Shown piece after piece: positions 1 through 9,162 of a stretch of DNA of 64,000 nucleotides (positions within the stretch are counted from its first letter, which is position 1; every line of letters starts with the position of its first letter). The notes under the pieces were generated by a model. That model made no database searches, was not told where the DNA came from, and saw only the letters and a program-made list of their open reading frames with translations. The translations under genes were made by a program, and so were the position numbers. Source of the DNA: Oopsacas minuta (Eukaryota > Animalia > Porifera); NCBI GenBank assembly GCA_024704765.1, contig JAKMXF010000233.1:1-64000 (forward strand), read 5' to 3'.

Positions 1-851
1 GTGTATTAGGAGGGTTAGCAGATTTTGGAATATATGGGATATTTAGATCTTCAAGAAGTTTAAGCGTATCTTTCGCATAATGGCTACTTGCTAGATCAGG
101 CCAGAAGTAATATTCACCCTCATCATGAAACTTTTCTAAGAAAGGAATTAGATGCTTTTTTATGCATTGATTTCGGTAAATTTCGCCAGTAATTGAAAGA
201 TTCCGAGGACAAAAGTATGACTCCGATATGCCTTCTTTCGAAATTGCTAACCAAATTAAAAGTTTAGGTGGGTACTTGGATTTACGAATATAACTGATTC
301 TAGGATTCAGAGACTTGGCTGAGAGAGATTCTGAAATATAATAACCCTTATTGAGATTGATATTGTCATCCTTTAGTCCGAAATACGATTCGTCATCCAT
401 TACAATTTGAGTTGTGCTTGAGGGGGGAAAAAAGTCTCCGTAATTTTAGACACCTGGACTTAGCCCTCAATTCTTGTTCAGGTTTGCTATCTGGGACTCG
501 CTTACGTTTACGATATGTAACACCATTCTCTTTGATAATATTACGAACATATGATTGAGAGATATCGAATTTTCGAGGCATTTTTCTGGTGGAGACTCCT
601 ATTTTATTGCTAATTTTGCACAATAGAGATCGCCGGAGCCTCTTGGGCATTTTGACAGACTTGCGACCGCTACCCAACTTCCTGTTTAGGGTTCCTCTAT
701 TCTTGATAGTAGAAATTATGTTGTAGATAGTAGATCTTGCGATTCCAAACGCCAAAAAATGCTTAACAGTATAAGAAATCCCATGCTCATAATTTTTACG
801 AAAAAATTGTCCAATAATGTGTCGCCGTTGTGTCACTTTCAAATGATCCAT
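1..851 (-). mobile_element. Tc1/mariner superfamily transposase, DD37E (ITmD37E/TRT-like), one frameshift, runs off the window start
   Basis: ORF 393..851 has the paired HTH N-terminus (GIARSTIYNII, GSGRK). A second frame from about 420 to 1 reads SSTTQIVMDDESYF...KYPPKLLIWLAIS...YFWPDLASSHYAKDTL...NPPNT. The frames join by removing one base from TTTTTTCCCCCC (422-433). Possible TIR end ACGGGTGAGCACTAAAA followed by TA at 980-981 (weak). Confidence 0.9.
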
Positions 852-1406
852 CTCCAGATGCTATGTTCTAAAATAATCGAAAATGGATTGAATTTGAGAT
901 CTATATACAAATAATGCATTGGTGAACAAAGATTTATGGTGAACTATAAAATATGTCTAAAATTTTAGTGCTCACCCGTTACTTCATAAAGAAGAGTTAT
1001 GAATAATGCGATATATACTGAACAGCTATTCCGAAAGTCTTACACCAACAATTATCTATCATCATCTATGATAAATCAATAAATTCAGTTTATAAAGTCC
1101 AGAACCAAATATTACACAACGTAGCAACAACAAAACAACATTGTACTGGTAATCGAGTCCGGATATGGTACAAGATTTCATAAGTATTTGTTCAGTTTTG
1201 GGGACTATGAGTTAGCAGATTTAAAGATTATGGTAATATCATCTTTGCTACGGTTAAGATTATGAGTTTATGTACTCGAAGGTCGTAGGCCCGAGTGCGG
1301 GCACAAAGTGTTCGCTACCGCGTAGCAAGCGAGGCACGTTAGTATAACCAATATTATAACAATACAATTGTAAATCAATTATTATCTGCAATATACAATC
1401 ATTATT

Positions 1407-2308
1407 TCACATTTTCATTTTGTAAGCTGTATTGTTTCTTTCAATCAAACGTTTGAGAGAAGATCTGTTAGAAGAAATATTGTCATTCAGCTTAATACGA
1501 TGATAAATGCTCCGAAATGTCCTGCGTAGAGAAACAGTCAAATAGAGTAATATCTGTATGCTAGTTCCAACTGTTAACAGAATTAATTCGATTAACTCAA
1601 ATGTATAAATGCATAAAACAATAATATAAATAGTATCAATATCATTGAATGTCCAATATGCATTGGTTAAGGCATCTCCTATAATTTTCATAATAACTGG
1701 ATTGATACAGTAGATGGAGAAACCCAAATATTGAACAAAGAATGCTATTAACATAACAATTGATCCTTTCTTATAATCATTGTATACTGTTTTGTAGTAG
1801 AGTATTACAGTTCTAGATTGGTTTTCATGTTGAATTGCATCAGAAAGTCGTTGCTTGAGTAAAAGACACAATTTTCTATTTGCAATGAGAAGCAAGACAT
1901 ATTCATAGATTACCACCATTACAATACAAACATTACACATCAGTATTAGTTGTGGTTGTGGTACTACAGCCATAATGAATAGGACGATAAGACAGGAAAG
2001 TGAGATATATAACTCAAACTTTAAATTCAGTTGTGATTTGAAATAACTGTATTGATATACCATAAACTGTGTTAGAATACGAACAAACAATGCTATAGAG
2101 TAGACAGATATTGTGGTTACAGCATTCGCAATACAGTGGGCTGTGTACCTTACTAGACGATCTATCTCACCGTAAGTATCACTATAACCTAGAAGATATT
2201 CTAGGTGAGCCCCTAAAATTCTATACCAAACCTGGTGTTTTGGATAACATTATATGCCAGGACAAAAACGGTTGAAATTGTTAGCCCAATTTCACTCAAA
2301 CATATAGC
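1407..2308 (-). pseudogene. 5'-truncated, frameshifted copy of the orphan 7TM gene at 7014..8195
   Basis: 1407..2126 is near-identical to 7014..7724. The upstream piece AICLSEIG (to 2308) also matches, but the spacer is 182 bp versus 192 bp, so it is out of frame. Homology stops at 2308, where a CAGTAGCGGC-starting repeat begins. TM1 and the N-terminus are absent. Confidence 0.85.
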
Positions 2309-3394
2309 CAGTAGCGGCTTCAGGGCTAATTTGAGGGGACCCGAGCCCCTCCCTAATTTTGTGAAGGGGATAAATATTTGAATTTTGTGACAGAATTTGT
2401 TTCGACTTTGTTTAGTTTGGTGTCGAAATGTGTTAAGCTATTACGTAAATATTTTTGTAGAATCTTTTTCTAGATGCCTTGTTTGCTTATATTCTGCCTT
2501 AGTTTATTGAAATATAATAGTGAAACTATCTAATATTTTTACCATAACTATGAACTTTCTTATAACTGTTTGTAGAAAATATGTTTGTCTGTTATACGTA
2601 TACAGGTACTTTGATCCCCCAATGACTTCATGAATTCATGATGTCTAATAATTGTCAGCTAATCACTATATCTTCGTGTGTTCCTCATAATTCAACTCAA
2701 TCCTTCTGTCCTCGTTTGATTACTTTAATTAATCATCTGGTCATGTAAATCAATCTCTGTCACGATAAATGTGCTGCTAGCACAACTTTAATTGACCTTT
2801 ACAAATTACTTTTGTTAGAAAGTTAGGAAATCAAGATTCATATTCAAAGTAAGGAACAACAGCAATTGTTCCTTACTTGAACATGAATCTTGAAGTGATG
2901 AGATGAAATGAGATTTATGTACGTGGAGATAAATTTCTTGTAATCTGCTTAACTCAAAGAGAAGTTTAAGTCTTGTTTGTATAAGTACCAGTTGGAACGG
3001 TACAGTGATAGAAGGTGTAATCTCACGGCTTGGCTAAACGCCAGGTTGGAATCTATGGTGTTTATCTTGGAAATAGATGTTTTAACCCAAGTACTAGATT
3101 TCAACCTCTATGATATTAGGTTTTGATAAAACTCCGAGTATTCTTGTGGCACGAGATGGAATTGGTATGAGTTGACGAGCAACCACAATTTGTATTACTG
3201 ACTGTGATAACTCACAATGGAAATTCAGAAAATATAACAATTAAAATTACAGGAGAATTCATAGATATTGCAGGCAGGTGGGCTGTTCATTATTTATGAA
3301 TGAATCTGCTTGGCTCCATTAGGTTTATAAATTTACAAACAATAAATAAAATTATTGCATAATTACTCCAATCAAGCGAACTACAATCTACGTT

Positions 3395-5089
3395 ATGAAT
3401 TTCAAATCACTAATAAAATTCTGTAAAGAAGAAATCTGGATAATTATCAAATTAGCATTCCCTGTCTATCTAACAACACTTACTTCAGAACTGAACAAAA
3501 GCTTTATTCCTTCAATATTCGCTGGACATTTTGGAAATACAAGTAAGAACTATGCAGCTATTACACTAAGCATCAGCATTGTTATGTTTTTCGGGACACT
3601 ACCACATATGTGTTTGAGTTCTGCACTCAACACGTTAGCTTCTCAAGCTTACGGAGCTGGGAAACATAAATATTTAGGAACTCTATTACAAAGAAGTATC
3701 TGTATACATCTACTAATGTGTTTTCCAATTATTATTGTGTACCTAAACACAGGGAATATTCTGATAGTGTTAGGACAGACAGCTGAGCTTGCAGCTCTTT
3801 CAAGTGAATTCATGATGGTTTGCTTACTAACTCTACCAGCTGATGCAATACTGTATCCTGTCATGAGAATTCTACAGATTCAAGGTATTGCATTACCATC
3901 TACTGTGATATTTGGATTTGGAAGTATGCTTGAAGCGATATGTTGTTATTTCTTCATTTACAAGCTTGAACTGGGAGTGAGAGGGATAGCATTAGGTATT
4001 GTAATTTCTCTGTATTTTATGGCAATTGCACATCTTGTATATATCCGTAGTATGAGTGTGTGGTACAAAATATGGAATGGTTGGAAATGGGAAGCATTGG
4101 AGAGGTTAGGACAATATGTATATTATGGAATGCCTTTATTGGTAATAATGTGGGTAGAAGCTTTGGTCTTCTATGTTGGAACAATATTAATAGGGGCAGT
4201 TTCTGAAAATCCGGCATTTGAAATATCTGTATATTCTGTTGTCCTCAATCTTGATCTGTTTATGTTCATTTTGTCGGTATCTTCAATTTCTGCTACTTCT
4301 ATTCGTATAGGGTGTTTGGTTGGAGAAGGTAAGATAAAGAAAATGAAGGGTGTAGCTCTCCTAACATCTTTATTGATTTATGTCTTTCAAGTGATACAAA
4401 TTACGATATTATTAGCAGGAAGACATGTTTGGGGTTACATTTTCACTTCTGATGAGAAAGTGATAGAATCTATTTTGAAGATGATGTATTTACTAGCTGC
4501 ATATACACCAATAACAGGTGTAGCAGAGAATTTCAATGGTATATTGGTTGGTATTGGTAAGCAAAGCATTGGAATATTGTTTCCAATAATATTTTTTGCT
4601 ATCACAGTACCAATTGCAACAATTTTGACAGTTGTCGCTAATCTTGGACCATTTGGCTATGTTCTAGGTATATGTATTGGGATGTATTTTCGTATTGTAC
4701 CTCCCATTCTAACAACCTTTTGTTGTATTGATTGGAACAAAATAGTGAGAGTTGATAACTTTGGCAGTACAAATATTATCAACATTGACAATTCTTCACC
4801 AGAGCAATCACTACTAATCTCACATATTAGTGAATCAAGTGAAGATTTCCAACAATCCTTTCTAGATGAATTAACCGTAAAGAAGAGACTCTCTCTTCTC
4901 GTTTTCAAATTTATCTTTGTATTCGTTTGTGTATCGTTGTCGGTTTGGTTGATATCTTGTGACTGTAGTGCTACTAGATTCGAGTTAAATATTGGAAATT
5001 CTTATCTCAAATCACCTCTTGACTTATTTTGCTTCAGATTCTCACCTCTCAGAAGTACTTTAAATATTTCTAAATATTTAATGCACTAA
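3395..5089 (+). CDS. MATE family multidrug/toxic compound extrusion transporter (SLC47-like), intronless, 564 aa
   Basis: Motifs KLAFPVYLT, SALNTLASQAYGAGK, GTLLQR, SIRIGCLVGEG and GILVGIGKQ. About 12 TM helices plus a C-terminal extra helix, as in animal SLC47. Confidence 0.93.
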   Translation: MNFKSLIKFCKEEIWIIIKLAFPVYLTTLTSELNKSFIPSIFAGHFGNTSKNYAAITLSISIVMFFGTLPHMCLSSALNTLASQAYGAGKHKYLGTLLQRSICIHLLMCFPIIIVYLNTGNILIVLGQTAELAALSSEFMMVCLLTLPADAILYPVMRILQIQGIALPSTVIFGFGSMLEAICCYFFIYKLELGVRGIALGIVISLYFMAIAHLVYIRSMSVWYKIWNGWKWEALERLGQYVYYGMPLLVIMWVEALVFYVGTILIGAVSENPAFEISVYSVVLNLDLFMFILSVSSISATSIRIGCLVGEGKIKKMKGVALLTSLLIYVFQVIQITILLAGRHVWGYIFTSDEKVIESILKMMYLLAAYTPITGVAENFNGILVGIGKQSIGILFPIIFFAITVPIATILTVVANLGPFGYVLGICIGMYFRIVPPILTTFCCIDWNKIVRVDNFGSTNIINIDNSSPEQSLLISHISESSEDFQQSFLDELTVKKRLSLLVFKFIFVFVCVSLSVWLISCDCSATRFELNIGNSYLKSPLDLFCFRFSPLRSTLNISKYLMH

Positions 5090-5454
5090 ATATTCTATTT
5101 CATACAATATTCAATAATCTTATTTCTTTCACATTTACTATCATGGTTACTAGGCATTATGATCATATGATCATACGAGTGATACTTTTTTGACGATCTG
5201 GCAACGATCGGCTATCATTGTTATATTAAGGATCGGATGTAAGATTGCGATCATTTTTTGCACAAATATTTTTGATCATTTTTGTATACTTTGAATGCTA
5301 CTATCATTAGCGTGTTTTATACTTGGGTAATTGTTCAAAATTTGTGTTCGACAATCAGTAATATTCGTTCGTAGGATGCGTTGATTCTCCACCTATGTTT
5401 CTTTTGGCATAAGAAATGATGTAACTATCAAAAATATATGTCTTGAATATTACA

Positions 5455-5880
5455 TCAACGATCGGAAAACTGATCGAGATCGGGATTTATAATGTTTATG
5501 TCAGAGTTTTCGATCAGAGTGGAGAGTACTAATCGCTCATCTTTGTTTTCCGAAGTACTCTTTGCTGCTAGAAGCAGAGGTGTATTCCCGTATGTGTTCT
5601 GAATATTTGTATTTGCTCCCCTCTCAATTAGATATCTGACTGTTGCACTCATATTTCTCTCACCCGCATAGTGTAACATTGTATTTTGATCTGTGTCTTG
5701 TTGATCCAAATCTTGAATGTCCAACTTGTCTAATACTCTCCAACCATCGCAGCCAGATATATTGAATATGTTAACTTCCAATGGACTTTCCTCCAAAAGC
5801 CGACATATACATGCTTCATTAATAGCTTTGACACTAATCTCCAGTGCTTTTCCGATTTGTTTCCTAATAATAAACTGGGG
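5455..5880 (-). pseudogene. Ankyrin-repeat gene fragment
   Basis: TMLHYAGERNMSATVRYLIERGANTNIQNTYGNTPLLLAAK is one and a half ankyrin repeats. The ORF-track start at 5796 is a TTG. The frame is open to about 5900, then has stops, and no clean start or complete exon set was found. Confidence 0.6.
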
Positions 5881-6545
5881 AATAGAAAATTCGGATTCAG
5901 CTTACTTTGTCACCCTATTGTAGCCGTTAAGAGCACCTACGTATGTCTTTTAATCGCATACTGATCATGCTGGAGTGCATATCAGAAACAATACACTTTT
6001 GGCATGTCATCATTCCTTGAATCAAAAACTTCAAAATATTCCAAATTATATATTTTGTAATCAATAATTATAATTTAGTAAATTATCAAAAAATGCGCCA
6101 TCTTTAAAACCATGTCGAACGTTTTAGTTGTTTCAAAGCTACTCTTTCACAGGATGCAGCTACGATCGGAAAGGTTACAAAAGGTTAAATATTGAGGTTG
6201 TATTACCTCAAAATTTATATCAACCCCAGTTCAATTCTCTGAATTTTGGTATTTAATGTCCAAACAGTTAGTCAACCTGTCAGATTGCTGTTGATCGATC
6301 TCAATAGTTCAACAGTTTCATAGCCTCTTACTGTCACTCGCTTGGCTCGGTCCATCTTCCCAGAGAGCGTACCTCTTATAATATCATGTGGGCCCTTGCC
6401 CTTACCCTTGATTATACACAATTTCATTTGTTCTGAGAATATTAGTAAATATAATCTTTAATCCTGATTGAACAAATCACATAAATAGCTAACACTCATC
6501 AATATACTTTAAGTTATAATAATCCACACAAATATCATACTAGAG

Positions 6546-6889
6546 CAGGGGTTCTTAACCTTTTTGAAGTGAAGGCTCCCTATGAAGATCTGGTGAAAGC
6601 TATGGACCCCTGTCCAGAAACTGTACAAAACTAAATAATGCGTTAAGTTGGCACAATTTTATTTTTCGCTCGCATGATAATCTGAAGAAAACTATGGTCT
6701 TATGAATTACTAGTTATTTAGTATATTAGTAAAATGTGTATAATTCAGAATTAGTATGTTATGATAATTGCGAGAAAAAATATTTCTTATATAAAAAGAA
6801 TGCAAAGTTTACAAAGTACATGAAACTCCTTTTCTGCACGAAGGTATGGACCCCTTGGGGGTCCATTGACTCCCGGTTAAGAAACCCTG
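6546..6889. mobile_element. hAT-type MITE (344 bp) with perfect 8-bp TSD
   Basis: TIRs CAGGGGTTCTTAACC and GGTTAAGAAACCCTG (14/15). TSD TACTAGAG at 6538-6545 and 6890-6897. Confidence 0.92.
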
Positions 6890-7013
6890 TACTAGAGGAC
6901 ACAAAACATATAACTGATGTATTTAAAAGCACGTATAATGAATTAACAAAGTGTTACCTCATAGAACACAAATGCAATTGTAAATCAATATGTCTGCAAA
7001 CACCGTGAATATT

Positions 7014-8195
7014 TCACATTTTCATTCTGTAAGCTGTATTGTTCCTTTCAATCAAACGTTTGAGAGAAGATCTGTTAGAAGAAATATTCTCATTCAGCTT
7101 AATACGATGATAAATGCTCCGAAATGTCCTGCGTAGAGAAACAGTCAAATAGAGTAATATCTGTATGCTAGTTCCTAGTATTACCAGAATTAGTTCGATT
7201 AACTCAAGTGCATAAATGCATAAAACAATAATATAAACAGTCTCAATATCATCTTCATTGGTTAAGGCATCTCCAATAATTTTTATAACAACTGGATTGA
7301 TACAGTAGATGGAGAAACCCAAATATTGAACAAAGAATGCTATTAACATAACAATTGATCCTTTCTTATAATCATTGTATACTGTTTTGTAGTAGAGTAT
7401 TACAGTTCTAGATTGGTTTTCATGTTGAATTGCATCAGAAAGTCGTTGTTTGAGTAAAAGACACAATTTTCTATTTGCAATGAGAAGCAAGACATATTCA
7501 TAGATTACCACCATTACAATACAAATATTACATATCATTATTAGTTGTGGTTGTGGTGGTACTACAGCCATAATGAATAGGACGATAAGACAGGAAAGTG
7601 AGATATATAACTCAAACTTTAAATTCAGTTGTGATTTGAAATAACTGTATTGATATACCATAAACTGTGTTAGAATACGAACAAACAATGCTATAGAGTA
7701 GACAGATATTGTGGTTACAGCATTCATTGTACGAGAAACTGTCGACGTTACCAATTCTTGTATACTAATGAAAGTATGTATATTTTGGTCAACAAATACT
7801 AACTTTTCGCCAAAATAATATTTTTTCAACCAAGTAGTGTTATAAATTCCTGGTATTGCATAAAGTACCTGGAAAACGATTGAAAATGTCATTCCAATTT
7901 CACTCAAACATATAGCTAAGAGGAAAATATTTTTTATTCTGTTTGTCCTAAAATTTTGCATCTCATTGAGCCACACATGTTCAGGTTGGCTGTTAACTAG
8001 TTTAGAATTCAATTTCTCTTTTCTGTCATCTTTCATCAATTTATGAATTAAATATATTGCCCATGAACTGGAGAATATCAAAATAAGTATAAAGTTTAGG
8101 AAGAATATTGGCGTAAAAATATTATGAATTTTGTTTATATGAGACAAAATTATGAAATTATCAGGTTTTTGGGATGTAGTGATGCTACTGTTCAT
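7014..8195 (-). CDS. Orphan seven-transmembrane (GPCR-topology) protein, intronless, 393 aa
   Basis: Seven hydrophobic segments by eye. Sequons at NSS (N-terminus) and NTT (first outer loop). Basic inner loops and tail. No class A/B/C GPCR motif recognised. Confidence 0.75.
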   Translation of the reverse strand: MNSSITTSQKPDNFIILSHINKIHNIFTPIFFLNFILILIFSSSWAIYLIHKLMKDDRKEKLNSKLVNSQPEHVWLNEMQNFRTNRIKNIFLLAICLSEIGMTFSIVFQVLYAIPGIYNTTWLKKYYFGEKLVFVDQNIHTFISIQELVTSTVSRTMNAVTTISVYSIALFVRILTQFMVYQYSYFKSQLNLKFELYISLSCLIVLFIMAVVPPQPQLIMICNICIVMVVIYEYVLLLIANRKLCLLLKQRLSDAIQHENQSRTVILYYKTVYNDYKKGSIVMLIAFFVQYLGFSIYCINPVVIKIIGDALTNEDDIETVYIIVLCIYALELIELILVILGTSIQILLYLTVSLRRTFRSIYHRIKLNENISSNRSSLKRLIERNNTAYRMKM

Positions 8196-8539
8196 TTCTT
8201 GTGTATTACTGTTGATATCTTTTTCTCATATATATATACTATATTCTCCAATATTTAGTCCCCTCTCTGATTACTCAATTAGTAAATGCTCATTTCTATT
8301 AACTGATCATCCTATGCTAACTTCTTACTTAATTATCTGATATAATATCCAATCATTTCTAACTATTTCCCTCGATATTTATCCCAAATTCTCCGGATTT
8401 ATTTTCCCTGAATTTCTAATTTTATTTATATTATTAACGCAATTAATGTGATGTAAGTATATTTCTATATGTATTCTTATGTTTATTTGTCCAGAATTGA
8501 TTGAAGAAACTGGAAGATCCCCAGAGCTAATTTTGGCAT

Positions 8540-8760
8540 AGAGGGGAGGGGTCCTTTGGGCCTGGCTCGGACAAATTCGAGTCTTGGACGAAAGTTCAAA
8601 CCTCTGACGAAATTATGATGTAATTATCACCTTTTTGGATTTCCGAAATATCACATTAATGGCCACTGCTCAGCCAATGAGAGAAATTCTGACGTCATCA
8701 TTTTGAACACTTGAAGATTCATCTTGAAATTATTACGTCATCATGACTGTATAAGATCAA
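8540..8760. repeat. Dispersed repeat family with GCCACTGCTCAGCCAAT and TGACGTCA/TTACGTCA cores
   Basis: Matching segments at about 25120-25330 (gccactactcagccaat, attattacgtca) and 29250-29290 (inverted, ttcgtccaagactcgaa). Weaker matches at about 10660-10700 and 48150. Confidence 0.6.
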
Positions 8761-8972
8761 GAAATTTTGTTTAATACTTAAGCTAATCGGAGGCGCTAAG
8801 CTATCGTGCAGCGACCTAGTAAGCGAAGTGCCCAACAGCGCAAGTATCTAATAATATGAATATTTCACTATTATATCAAAACATTGCTAGAAATAATCAA
8901 TTATCGCCTATTTTCCCTTGATTAGTAATTATTACCTCGATACCATGTTAAATCCAGGTGCCCCGGTGTAAC

Positions 8973-9162
8973 AGCCTAGATTAACCTCCTAACCCAGTTT
9001 AATCCGGGTATAGTCTGGGCTAGCCTAGATTAACCCCCATGTATAAACCGGGCTATCCCAGATTAAGTCCCGGGGTTAATCTAGGCTAACCCAGATTATA
9101 CCCTCGAAAGGGTGTTAATCTGGGCTAGGTTGGTTTGTACTCAGGGGGTTAGTCTAGGATAG
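8973..9162. repeat. Array of about 9 copies of TAGCC(C/T)AGATTAACCC in mixed orientation
   Basis: Copies at about 8973(+), 8991(+), 9006(-), 9021(+), 9056(+), 9071(-), 9088(+), 9110(-) and 9144(-). One isolated copy at about 53560. Confidence 0.8.
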
